A stretch of 43,052 nt of DNA. It comes from a virus (taxonomy: Duplodnaviria; Caudoviricetes). Below, one piece after another: positions 24,919 to 33,796 of the stretch; positions within the stretch are counted from its first letter, which is position 1; every line of letters begins with the position of its first letter. The position numbers and the translations under genes are program-made. The stretch is taken from IMG/VR virus record IMGVR_UViG_3300005512_000081, positions 1-43,052 of that record; one strand, 5' to 3'. The notes under the pieces are model-generated. The model was not told the DNA's origin, searched no databases, and was given only the letters and a program-made list of their open reading frames with translations.

Positions 24919-24992
24919 GTGAGCTTATCTCTCTCCCCCTTTAGGTAGCTCGTTCAAAACTTTCTCTTGCCCTCTTCGGAGGGCATTTTTTT
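24919..24992 (+). ncRNA. candidate ~70-nt sRNA with C/U-rich loop
   Basis: No ORF between promoter and terminator; hairpin GAGC-U-UAUCU[CUCUCCCCCUUU]AGGUA-GCUC. Confidence 0.55.
24968..24992 (+). terminator. intrinsic terminator
   Basis: TGCCCTC-TTCG-GAGGGCA followed by T7. Confidence 0.9.
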
Positions 24993-25007
24993 GTGTATAA
25001 TCAGCCT

Positions 25008-26822
25008 ATGGCTAATGTTTTTGAGCTTTTAAACCAACTTGATATTACCAATCCACGCAATGTGGCTCGTGCTTCTGTCGAGACAGTTCAGGGTGCACAA
25101 GAAATAAAAAATCTTTTAGACCAAGGCAAAGAGCGTGAGGCCTATGCTCGATTTGAAGAACTACCCTTGCAAACTCAAATGTTGCTTTACGCTACACCAG
25201 TAGTTGGTGAAACGCTATCTGGTATAGGTGCAGTCGAATACAGCCAGAGAGCTGCTGAAACCGAAGGCTTGTCCCGTTTAGGTAATATAGCTATGGCAAC
25301 TTTAGAAGGTTCAGGCACAGCACCAATAGTAGGAACAGCCGCTGCTAGTACAGCCGCAGGAATAAAAGCTTTACAAAGAGGTTTAGCTTCTCTGCCCGAC
25401 AAAAGTGTATTAACTTTGAAATCTTTGGAAGTTTTAAATGACCCTAAAATAAATCCCAACCAAAGAATCAAGACAGGTGATATCGAAAACTTTTTTAAAC
25501 AAAGAGGTGTCAAGGACGAAGAGATAAGAGTTATCCAGATGAGCGGCTTTAAAGACAGAGAAAACGTTGGTGACAGCATTGCTTTGGGAGAATTGGAAAA
25601 CTTAATCCGTAGAAATTTAGTCGTCACAAATCCTTACTTAGCAACAAGTCCGAACAAGTATCAAACCTATGCCTCTGGTGGTGGTAAAGACTACTATGAA
25701 AAAGTTTATCGTAACCCTTTAGCAAGAGGCTATGATGACACTCATTATGGTAAGAGTGTTTATGCCAATATGGGAGCTAGTGTAAAAAATGTAGATGGTA
25801 AAAAAATTCTTTCTGCTGAGAGAATACAATCGCAACTGCATGGTCGAGCTGCTGGCAGCTATCAAGACCAAAAATTAGTAGATGAATTTAGCACCAAATA
25901 TGCCGATGAAGTAAACCAAATAAAAGAAAAAAATATTGAAATGGATGGTTTGCTTGCAAAAGCAGATGAATTGAGTGATAAATTAGATGCAGGATTGCCC
26001 GTAGCTGAATACAAAAAAACATGGCACGAAAGAAATAATTACAACGAAAAATTTTATTCTTTAACAAAAGAAAGAGACGCAATTATTAGAAAAGTTAGAC
26101 AAGAAACTGCGGATGATAATATAAGTTTTATACCCGAATCGGGTGGTTTTGTATTTAAATCAAAATCAGATATTCCTAAAGGACCATTTCCTAAAAACTA
26201 CGAAGAAATGATGATTAAAGATATGATTGATGATGCTATTAAAAAGAACTTGGACGGCATATCAACCCCAGAGGCTATTGATGTTATACGCAGAGAATCC
26301 GCTGGTGCTAATGAAAAAATACAATTTGCGATTACTAGACTCTACGATGAAAAGATACCAAGGTATTTAAAAAAGATAGCTAACAAATATGGTGGCAATT
26401 ATAGAATTGGTAAGGGTGTGACTTCAATAAATAAATACGATTTGCAATTTGTTCCTACCCAATATAATGAAAACGTTCTTGAGGTAGCTCCCAAAATTGG
26501 CAATGAAATAATTGATGAAGTGTCTATTAATGTCAGAGATTTTAATATTGCTACACCGTCTTCTGCAGATGATAGTATGTACAACTTCAGCTTGAACATT
26601 AAAAACATACTGGACAACTTTGAGTCACCAGCCATAAGCGGCACTTCACAACTGGACGATGTCGTTGAAAGCATTAAATTTGAAAGACCAAATTACAAAG
26701 AAAGAACCGAATACATTTTAGAATTTACCCCAGAAATGATAAAGAAACTAAAAGAAGAAGGTTTGCCAGCTTTCAAAGCAGGTGGCTTTGTCGATAAACC
26801 CTTATACCAAAGAGATTTTTAA
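25008..26822 (+). CDS. modular putative virion cargo/effector protein A (start ATG 25008)
   Basis: N-terminal ~120 aa and C-terminal FKAGGFVDKPLY are shared with the next gene; the middle resembles phage polyvalent-protein domains. Confidence 0.8.
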   Translation: MANVFELLNQLDITNPRNVARASVETVQGAQEIKNLLDQGKEREAYARFEELPLQTQMLLYATPVVGETLSGIGAVEYSQRAAETEGLSRLGNIAMATLEGSGTAPIVGTAAASTAAGIKALQRGLASLPDKSVLTLKSLEVLNDPKINPNQRIKTGDIENFFKQRGVKDEEIRVIQMSGFKDRENVGDSIALGELENLIRRNLVVTNPYLATSPNKYQTYASGGGKDYYEKVYRNPLARGYDDTHYGKSVYANMGASVKNVDGKKILSAERIQSQLHGRAAGSYQDQKLVDEFSTKYADEVNQIKEKNIEMDGLLAKADELSDKLDAGLPVAEYKKTWHERNNYNEKFYSLTKERDAIIRKVRQETADDNISFIPESGGFVFKSKSDIPKGPFPKNYEEMMIKDMIDDAIKKNLDGISTPEAIDVIRRESAGANEKIQFAITRLYDEKIPRYLKKIANKYGGNYRIGKGVTSINKYDLQFVPTQYNENVLEVAPKIGNEIIDEVSINVRDFNIATPSSADDSMYNFSLNIKNILDNFESPAISGTSQLDDVVESIKFERPNYKERTEYILEFTPEMIKKLKEEGLPAFKAGGFVDKPLYQRDF

Positions 26823-28084
26823 TGGCTGATTTTTTTGAAACACTTGGCAGCATTAATCCACTTAGACCAGACAATATGGCACGCACTGGTTTGGAAACAG
26901 TACAAGGCATAAGAGAAATAAAAGTTTTACTTGACCAAGGTAAAGAAAGAGAAGCTTACGCAAAATTTGAGGAATTGCCTTTGCAAACACAAATGGCAGC
27001 ATACAGCTTACCGGTATTTGGGCAAGGTATATCTGGTCTTGGGTTTGCAGAATACAGCAAAAGAGCAGAAGAGACAGAAGGTTTAGAAAGGGCTGGCAAT
27101 GTAGCTATAGCTGGTTTAGAGCTTGCATCAGCGGTGCCTCTTATTGGGGTCGTCACCAAAGGTATCAGTAATTTACTTAAAAAAGGGGTAAAAGGTATTA
27201 AAGAAAATAATAGCCCAACAAAAATCAAAGAATATTACGAGGCAAATGAGAAAAAACAATATGTTGATTACGAGCCACCAAAAGAAGTTGCTGTTAAATT
27301 TAAAGGATTAGCAAATGCCCAAAGAGGTGAACCAGAAATCAAAATGGTTCAGGCCCAAAGAAACTTAATGGATGTTGCAACCGGAGTTTATCCATTTTAT
27401 TTGGAACACGTTGGGGACTTGACGCACAGACTTTCTGATATGTTTTTGGGGGCAGCAGATTATATGCCTTTCCATGATGTAATTCCTAAAATTGAAAAAA
27501 CCAGCTTCCATAATTCTGGTGATGAACTGTACAAAGAAATTATGGGCAATGTCCAAAACAATTTAAAATACGCTAAAGAAAATAATAAATTGCCACAAGA
27601 TTATAGCGTTGAAGATGCACTAAAACTAATTAAAAAAGAGGGTCAAGAATATGCTGACAAACATAAAGCTTTGGAAGTTTTCAATGAGCCACAATATTTA
27701 GCTAGAGAAGCAGCAGTTGCTTTGGGTGAGTTTCGTTTGAATGACTACAATGCTTTAATCAAGTCATTGAAAAAAATGTCTCAAAGTGAAGAACTGTTTG
27801 AACAGGGCAGCAAATATTTTACAGATGCAAACAATAAAATTATTTCTTACGATGATGTCTTGGCAGCTACCAAAAAAACAAAACTAGACGATTTGCAAAA
27901 ACAACTTGATACCAAAGGTGCAGAGCAATATGACAAACAATTTTTTGACCCAGAACTGCAAGAACAAATGGAAAGAATTTCAGACCAAATAGGTGTATTA
28001 CAAGGTTTGCCAGTTAGAACAAAGGGTCAACAAACAATGAAGTTTAAGTCTGGCGGGATTGTAGATAAGCCTCTATATGATTAA
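26822..28084 (+). CDS. modular putative virion cargo/effector protein B
   Basis: Paralogous N-terminus, different middle (QRGEPE...EHVGDLTHRL), C-terminal FKSGGIVDKPLYD. Confidence 0.8.
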   Translation: MADFFETLGSINPLRPDNMARTGLETVQGIREIKVLLDQGKEREAYAKFEELPLQTQMAAYSLPVFGQGISGLGFAEYSKRAEETEGLERAGNVAIAGLELASAVPLIGVVTKGISNLLKKGVKGIKENNSPTKIKEYYEANEKKQYVDYEPPKEVAVKFKGLANAQRGEPEIKMVQAQRNLMDVATGVYPFYLEHVGDLTHRLSDMFLGAADYMPFHDVIPKIEKTSFHNSGDELYKEIMGNVQNNLKYAKENNKLPQDYSVEDALKLIKKEGQEYADKHKALEVFNEPQYLAREAAVALGEFRLNDYNALIKSLKKMSQSEELFEQGSKYFTDANNKIISYDDVLAATKKTKLDDLQKQLDTKGAEQYDKQFFDPELQEQMERISDQIGVLQGLPVRTKGQQTMKFKSGGIVDKPLYD

Positions 28085-28487
28085 TTGGCACTAGATGACA
28101 TCTACCAGTTAGACCACCCTTCATCTTTCTTTTGACTATTGGATACTTTGCCAAGAATTCTCTTAGCTCTTCAACGCTAAACCAATAATCTTTATCGGCT
28201 ACTGTTTGCACCCACCATTCAGCTTTTGTAGTTGTGATACCAGATGGCTTACCTTCCATCTCTGTTTCAAATATTAGATTACCAGTCTCTTTGGCTCTAT
28301 CGTCTTGTTTAACTTCAACAGTAGTATCAGGATTCTCTACCTTAATATCCCATGCCTTAAAATAACCATCTCTGATTATTGTTCGGGCATAAGGATATTT
28401 TTTCTTTATGATTTCGGCAATACGTTTTTCATTGTCTTGCCCTCTGGCTAAATCTTCTGCAAATTGTTTTTTATTGAAATGACTCAT
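28044..28487 (-). CDS. PD-(D/E)xK restriction-endonuclease-like protein
   Basis: F..DL..G...E...WDI...VEVK.D..A..TGN..FE...PSGI.TTKAEWW. Confidence 0.75.
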   Translation of the reverse strand: MSHFNKKQFAEDLARGQDNEKRIAEIIKKKYPYARTIIRDGYFKAWDIKVENPDTTVEVKQDDRAKETGNLIFETEMEGKPSGITTTKAEWWVQTVADKDYWFSVEELREFLAKYPIVKRKMKGGLTGRCHLVPINHIEAYLQSRQT

Positions 28488-29256
28488 AATCCAAAGTCAA
28501 CACATTAGGTGCGTTGTAACATTCAGGTACTTCAGTCTTTAAATATCTTTTGTATTTAGCAAAAGCTTCTTGGTTATTAAAATTACCAGATTGTATGGTT
28601 GCATCCGTCAACTTATAAACTTTATTGGCAAACGGAAACACTTTTTCTTGGGCAATAATATAAATATCGTTTACTTGATAATTGATTGACTTTAAACCTT
28701 CAACGTACCAAGCAAGCTGCATTTCATATTGGTAGTTACGACAACTACGCATGAACTCTTTGGGTTCACAACTTTGCGTTGTTTTGTAATCAATTAAAGC
28801 AACAGAACTTTGGTCAAACTCTGTTTTAACTTGCATAGCATCAGGACGACACTTACATAGGACATCGTCTTTATCCCAATAAACTGATTGTTCAACGACA
28901 GCACCATTTAACAGGTCTAAGGCTTCTGGAACCAAAGCTTGTTTCATGCCTTGTATCTTTTCAAAGTCATCGTCTGTGATAACAACAATATCTTGCGAGG
29001 CTAACTCTTCAGCTTTCTCTTTACCAGCTTTGGTTCGCCTAGATATTTGCATAACAGCAAATTCGCTGTAAAAATCTTCTTCTTCTAAAATCCATTTATG
29101 GGCGGCTGAACCAAACTCTAATGCTTTAGTTGGTTGTATCTGTCTCCTATGAACGGCGTGTAATGTTGATTTGTTAATCTCCCGCAATTGCGATGAAGAT
29201 AACCCATCACCTTCGTGGTATTCTTTATTACTATTTGTTACTAATCCTAGTTTCAA
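28471..29256 (-). CDS. RecE/exonuclease VIII-like PD-(D/E)xK exonuclease (DUF3799)
   Basis: N..YH...LSSS.L...FGSA.H..ILE...E.SVYW...KCRPD...IDYKTT...Y..Q.AWY...QEK. Confidence 0.85.
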   Translation of the reverse strand: MKLGLVTNSNKEYHEGDGLSSSQLREINKSTLHAVHRRQIQPTKALEFGSAAHKWILEEEDFYSEFAVMQISRRTKAGKEKAEELASQDIVVITDDDFEKIQGMKQALVPEALDLLNGAVVEQSVYWDKDDVLCKCRPDAMQVKTEFDQSSVALIDYKTTQSCEPKEFMRSCRNYQYEMQLAWYVEGLKSINYQVNDIYIIAQEKVFPFANKVYKLTDATIQSGNFNNQEAFAKYKRYLKTEVPECYNAPNVLTLDYESFQ

Positions 29257-29543
29257 AACGGTATCTCCTCATATAAATAGTCTGATGTCATTACGATGGG
29301 TGCTACCCAACCATGCTCATCAACAAAGTTCAAAATATTCTCTTTTTCTGTAAGGTTAAAATTATAGACAGGCATCTTGTATTTCCTTAGCCATGGCAAG
29401 ATAACACTACCAAAGTGTTCTTTATCACCATCGTAAGTCATACGTTTTTCAGGGGTGTCGATGTTAATGTATAGTACGTCTTTCTTTTGACTCGATTGGT
29501 CTATAAAAGAATACACTCGACTTTTCTGTTTGCTTTTCATCAA
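29253..29543 (-). CDS. hypothetical protein
   Basis: 96 aa ending EEIPF; GAGG SD. Confidence 0.6.
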   Translation of the reverse strand: MMKSKQKSRVYSFIDQSSQKKDVLYINIDTPEKRMTYDGDKEHFGSVILPWLRKYKMPVYNFNLTEKENILNFVDEHGWVAPIVMTSDYLYEEIPF

Positions 29544-29706
29544 TAACTTCTACCTCAGTATCAATGTATTCAAAATCTGATTCCTTGGTGGCCAACAGGG
29601 TGGCTTCAGCATCATGCCAATTTTCAGCATAAATGATGTCCACCTCTTTGGTTTCACCAGAAGAGGGGTCAGAGCTACAAACAAGAAAACTGCGTAAAGC
29701 GTACAT
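29464..29706 (-). CDS. hypothetical protein
   Basis: 80 aa in the recombination operon. Confidence 0.5.
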   Translation of the reverse strand: MYALRSFLVCSSDPSSGETKEVDIIYAENWHDAEATLLATKESDFEYIDTEVEVIDEKQTEKSSVFFYRPIESKERRTIH

Positions 29707-29748
29707 ATTCCCATTCTAAACATTTTTAACCCTAACCCCAACATCTTT

Positions 29749-30240
29749 TTATGCCCAGTCAGGTTTCTGACCAGCCACAGGCACAGGAGTAGGCTCAGAG
29801 GGGGGATTCATCAAAGATTGGAATTCATAAACCTCTTCACGGTCTTTGTATCCATTAGTTCCCTTCTTAACCCCGACTCTTATATAGAGCCCCTTACCTA
29901 TGAAATCGGGGAAATGAACTACTTTATCCCCTGCATCATTAGTAACCTCTTCTGAATTCCAAGATGCAATGCCAGTAGCTTTACTAATAGCACCCATCTG
30001 TTCTTTGGCAATATCAACTGCCGCAGTAGATTTGTTACCATGATGAATCATTTTCCAAATAAACTTGCCCTTGTATTTAGGACCAGTTATCAAAAACTTC
30101 ATATTGATATACTTACCATCTCCTTTCTTAGTTGGTCTTTCGCTGGTATCTTTGATTTCAGCGGTGTACCAACCAGAAGGCATCATTTCAGGATATGCCT
30201 TATCGGCACCATCCAGCATACTTTCTGTATCAAAGCTCAT
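29749..30240 (-). CDS. DUF669-like ssDNA-binding protein
   Basis: P.GWY.AEI...TKKGDG.Y....F.I......G..IW...IA.EQ..AI..A.G; Pro-rich tail ending KPDW. Confidence 0.75.
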   Translation of the reverse strand: MSFDTESMLDGADKAYPEMMPSGWYTAEIKDTSERPTKKGDGKYINMKFLITGPKYKGKFIWKMIHHGNKSTAAVDIAKEQMGAISKATGIASWNSEEVTNDAGDKVVHFPDFIGKGLYIRVGVKKGTNGYKDREEVYEFQSLMNPPSEPTPVPVAGQKPDWA

Positions 30241-30830
30241 AAGTCCTCCTTATTTTCAAGCTTCTTTCTCAAACTTACAAAATCTTTTACCAAGACATCG
30301 TAAGTCTTCTTATTACTCTCTTTTAAGAGTTCCAATTGTTCTTTGTTTGCTTCCCATATTGAGTGAAGCTCCTCCACCGACTGTGCTTTTTTTGCTGGAG
30401 TAATAAGGTCGACAGCCGGATTGGGAGCTTCGGGCTTGTTGTTAATTGCGTTATCTACTTCAAAGGCTGAGGCATATTCACCACCACCAAGACCGCAGGA
30501 TGCTAAAGCACGTCCTATGGCTGAGGTTTCAGCATTCTCTAAAGCAGAGGTTTTATTGACAGGTCCAGACTGCCGGTATTCTTCAGCAAATCCTGTACCA
30601 ATACAATGCCATGCACCTTCATAAGCGACACTTACTTTGGCAACAATTCTGACAACAGTGTCATCGCAATGCAATATTTTGGTTTTTATTGCACCTAGTT
30701 CACCAAAGTGTTTACGAAACATTTGCACCCTTTTATCTACGGGTGTATATAGTTTTCCACGAATATTTATTTTGTCTTGTGAAGACAAATTAGCAATCTC
30801 ATTGACTGCCTCTTTTAAAATTAATCCCAT
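30237..30830 (-). CDS. single-strand annealing protein (Sak/Rad52-like)
   Basis: GK.Y..V..RV..FR...TG.AEE.R...VN.TSALENAETSAIGRALA..G.GGGEYASA.EV..A; adjacent to SSB and exonuclease. Confidence 0.75.
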   Translation of the reverse strand: MGLILKEAVNEIANLSSQDKINIRGKLYTPVDKRVQMFRKHFGELGAIKTKILHCDDTVVRIVAKVSVAYEGAWHCIGTGFAEEYRQSGPVNKTSALENAETSAIGRALASCGLGGGEYASAFEVDNAINNKPEAPNPAVDLITPAKKAQSVEELHSIWEANKEQLELLKESNKKTYDVLVKDFVSLRKKLENKEDL

Positions 30831-30847
30831 TCAAAACTCCATTTAGG

Positions 30848-30914
30848 TTTACAAATTTATTATATTAGAATAAATTATATTTGCTAGTATATCAACATAA
30901 CATTATACAAGCAA
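30848..30914. promoter_or_regulatory. overlapping promoters for the recombination (minus) and replication (plus) operons
   Basis: Minus: TTGCTT-17-TATACT (30914-30886). Plus: TTTACA-17-TAAATT (30848-30876) and TTGCTA-17-TATACA (30881-30909). Confidence 0.55.
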
Positions 30915-30924
30915 AAGGAGATTT

Positions 30925-33045
30925 ATGTTTGCTAATGATATTAACGAAAAAAGTACGCCTTTAGAAAAGGCCATGGCATATTGGGAAAACGGTTGGTCTG
31001 TTATACCAGTTAGCCAAGACACAAAACAACCCTTAATAGGGTCTTGGAAAGCATACCAAAAACAACAACCAACAGAACAACAGATTGAGAATTGGTTTAG
31101 ACAAAGAAGGAATGTCAACCCTGCTTTAATCTGTACCGACTTCTGTGTCGTTGACGCTGATACTCAAGAAGCAGTTGATTGGTGTGAAAAACACATACAT
31201 ACGCCAGTAAAGGTAGCTACCCGTAAAGGTAAACACTATTACTTTAGAAATACCCACAACTTTAGACATTACGTTTCAGACAAAAGTAAAACTACTTTAG
31301 AGAAAAGAATAGACATTGTTGCTACTTATGCTTTAGCACCTTATGCCGTACATGAGACGGGCTTTGTTTACACCCCAGACGTTGACCCTTTCTTTGACTT
31401 TGACGACTTATCTGACTTACCAATATTAGAAAAAGATATTGTAGAAAAGATAAGAGGTTCTTCAGAAGATGCCGTCAAAGCTAAACCTTTTGATTTAAAA
31501 AGCAATGCAGAAATATTTGCTCCTGTTGTTGAGGGTTCAAGGAATATGAGACTAACGCAGGTAGCAGGCTCTTTAATAGCTAAGGGACACTCACCAGAAG
31601 AGGTTCTATGGATATTAAAACAAGTCAATGATACTTACGTCCCCCCGCTAGACGACGAAGAAATTCGGACTATCATTGACTCTCTCTTCACGATAGATAA
31701 CAGAAAACTCACAGAAAATCTAGCTCCGGTGTGGAAAAAACCTCAGGAAAATTTTACCCAACCAGATGGTATTTTAGAGCCACCGGGGATACTATCAAAG
31801 GTATGGGAATATGCAGAACAAGTGGCAAGAACGCCACAACCATATCTTTCAGTACAAATAGCGTTGGCCTTAGGTTCTGTACTTTGTTCTCGTTTATATA
31901 AGACAGATATAGATAACTTTAGTTCTCTGTTCTTCTTGAATGTTGCCAAATCTGGGCAAGGTAAGGAAAACAGTAAAAAGGTTATTGAAAAGATTCTGCA
32001 CGAAGCCGGCTTAGAAGATATGCTGGCTGGTTCTGGTTATACGTCTTCTGGTGCTGTGTTCTCAACTCTAGCAAGAAAACCCTCTCATATTGTGATAATA
32101 GATGAATTTGGTAAAAGAATGGAGCAAATAGTTGACAACGATGAACACGTGGCTCAGTCAGCTATGCGTATCTTAATGGAGTCTTGGGGGCGTTGCGATG
32201 GCGTATTACGTCCTGACCAATATTCAGAATTTAATAGGTCAAAAGAATGGGGCGATGAAGATAGAAACATTTACTATCCCGGAATTACTTTAATGGGCAT
32301 GACAGTGCCAAAGAACTTTTACGATGCTATTTCCAACAATCAAGTACAGGATGGTTTCTTAAATAGATTTATTGTGGCTGAATCAACACAAGCAAGAGTA
32401 CCATCAAAATTAAAACCATCGGTAGACCCACATCACACTATATTAAGTTGGGCTCAAGATTTGCGTGGTTATCATCAATATCCAGATTGGAAATCAATGA
32501 ATCACAACGCACAAACAAGACCGCCAGAATTGACTACATTGCAGTTTGATGCTGCAGCCTTGGAGCATTTAGAAGACTTTGAAAGAACTTTGGTAAAAAA
32601 ACAATCGGACATAGAGAACACTGGTTTGGAAGTTTTATATTCCCGAACTAGAGAAAAAGCCATGCGTTTGGCTTTGATATGCACCCTAGCTCAAGATGTG
32701 GAAAGAAAGATTATTGACTTACCCACAGTTGAGTGGTGCTGTAACTACGTCAACTATTATGATACCGTATTAGTTGAAATGTGTCGTGAACGTGTAGCAA
32801 GTTCACGTGGAGAGAAAAGTATGATGGAAGTTTTGAGCTTCATTAGGGAGCAAGGAGAGAAAGGTGTATCTAAGCGTGACTTAGACCGTCACTCAGTCTT
32901 CAGGTCATTTCCTAAACGTCAACTCAATGAAATTTTGGAGCGTCTGCAAAATTCAGGCGATATTCAAGAACGCAAACAAAGAGGACGTGGCAGACCAAAA
33001 CTTTCTTTCATAGCCACAGAAAGAAGTTACTTTGATGAAGATTGA
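30925..33045 (+). CDS. bifunctional primase-polymerase / PriCT / DUF3987-type helicase
   Basis: GWSVIPV..K.P..W..YQ, VVDAD and G.HYYF (Prim-Pol); EGSRN..L...AG.L (PriCT); SGQGKE Walker A, IIDEFG Walker B, DGFLNRF. Confidence 0.9.
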   Translation: MFANDINEKSTPLEKAMAYWENGWSVIPVSQDTKQPLIGSWKAYQKQQPTEQQIENWFRQRRNVNPALICTDFCVVDADTQEAVDWCEKHIHTPVKVATRKGKHYYFRNTHNFRHYVSDKSKTTLEKRIDIVATYALAPYAVHETGFVYTPDVDPFFDFDDLSDLPILEKDIVEKIRGSSEDAVKAKPFDLKSNAEIFAPVVEGSRNMRLTQVAGSLIAKGHSPEEVLWILKQVNDTYVPPLDDEEIRTIIDSLFTIDNRKLTENLAPVWKKPQENFTQPDGILEPPGILSKVWEYAEQVARTPQPYLSVQIALALGSVLCSRLYKTDIDNFSSLFFLNVAKSGQGKENSKKVIEKILHEAGLEDMLAGSGYTSSGAVFSTLARKPSHIVIIDEFGKRMEQIVDNDEHVAQSAMRILMESWGRCDGVLRPDQYSEFNRSKEWGDEDRNIYYPGITLMGMTVPKNFYDAISNNQVQDGFLNRFIVAESTQARVPSKLKPSVDPHHTILSWAQDLRGYHQYPDWKSMNHNAQTRPPELTTLQFDAAALEHLEDFERTLVKKQSDIENTGLEVLYSRTREKAMRLALICTLAQDVERKIIDLPTVEWCCNYVNYYDTVLVEMCRERVASSRGEKSMMEVLSFIREQGEKGVSKRDLDRHSVFRSFPKRQLNEILERLQNSGDIQERKQRGRGRPKLSFIATERSYFDED

Positions 33046-33271
33046 TAAAAAAGCATTAGAAGAAGCAACATTAGATACTTTTATAGGCTTACCAATCAAT
33101 TTCTTTTTAAGTTGGTTCATTGCTTATGTGGTTTTATCTTTAGGCATTTATAACGCTTTGATTATTTCTTTGTGTCAAGTAGTCGTATTAACGATTTTTG
33201 CCATCATAAGAAAATACATAATTAGAATTAAATATAAAAAAGGAGAAAAAAATGTATCAGAAAAAAGCTGA
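33032..33271 (+). CDS. small two-TM membrane protein
   Basis: EA..DT.IG..IN...RKY.IR pattern with two hydrophobic helices. Confidence 0.7.
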   Translation: MMKIDKKALEEATLDTFIGLPINFFLSWFIAYVVLSLGIYNALIISLCQVVVLTIFAIIRKYIIRIKYKKGEKNVSEKS

Positions 33272-33554
33272 TGAAATAATTAAATTATTAGAAACAAAAG
33301 GAGAGGCATATTCCAAGCCTGATTCTTTCTTTGTACAACTGTCTCATGTTTGGAGCGGTCTTTTGGGAGTTAAGTTAACACCTTCACAATGTTGTGCCAT
33401 GATGGTAGCTTTCAAAGCTTGCCGTGTCATTAATCAATCAGACCACCAAGATAGTGCTGATGACTTGGTTGGTTATTCGCTTATAATGACAGAGTTGGTA
33501 AATCTAACAGAAAAAGATGGTAGTTGGATAAACCCTTTAAGAAATGGTAGCTAA
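33252..33554 (+). CDS. DUF6378-like phage protein
   Basis: Y..P...F......WS..LG.......MM..K..R......H.DS..DL.GY. Confidence 0.75.
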   Translation: MYQKKADEIIKLLETKGEAYSKPDSFFVQLSHVWSGLLGVKLTPSQCCAMMVAFKACRVINQSDHQDSADDLVGYSLIMTELVNLTEKDGSWINPLRNGS

Positions 33555-33696
33555 AGTAAAAAATTTTATTACGCATGAATCAGTATGCGGTGTTAGGGGC
33601 AAAAAAACTTCTATTGGCCGTAGAAACTTAATGGTCAGTAGTATGAATAAAGATAGGAAACGGAGTTTTAAAAAATATCGTGGGCAAGGGAAGTAG
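33544..33696 (+). CDS. 50-aa basic conserved phage peptide (not in ORF track)
   Basis: KKTSIG......SSMNK.RKRS.KKYRGQGK motif. Confidence 0.75.
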   Translation: MVAKVKNFITHESVCGVRGKKTSIGRRNLMVSSMNKDRKRSFKKYRGQGK

Positions 33697-33796
33697 ACAA
33701 CGACCAATTATTAATAAACAACAGTTTGCCGATAACTGGGACAAGATATTTGGCAAAAAAGACAAGAATGGAAGAAAAGGTCAGAAAAGAACTTGA
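33680..33796 (+). CDS. 38-aa conserved phage peptide (GTG start, not in ORF track)
   Basis: MGKGSRQRP....F..NWD.IF motif. Confidence 0.65.
   Translation: MGKGSRQRPIINKQQFADNWDKIFGKKDKNGRKGQKRT

Noticed and set aside
24993-25007. GTG start at 24993 for cargo protein A
   Set aside because: It overlaps the terminator tail and the TATAAT box; the paralog aligns from ATG 25008.
25008-28084. Diversity-generating retroelement or shufflon explanation for the paralog pair
   Set aside because: The window has no reverse transcriptase or site-specific recombinase, and no near-identical DNA repeat with adenine-specific differences.
29550-29744. 64-aa alternative minus-strand ORF
   Set aside because: It overlaps 29464..29706 in another frame with less protein-like composition; this could not be fully resolved.
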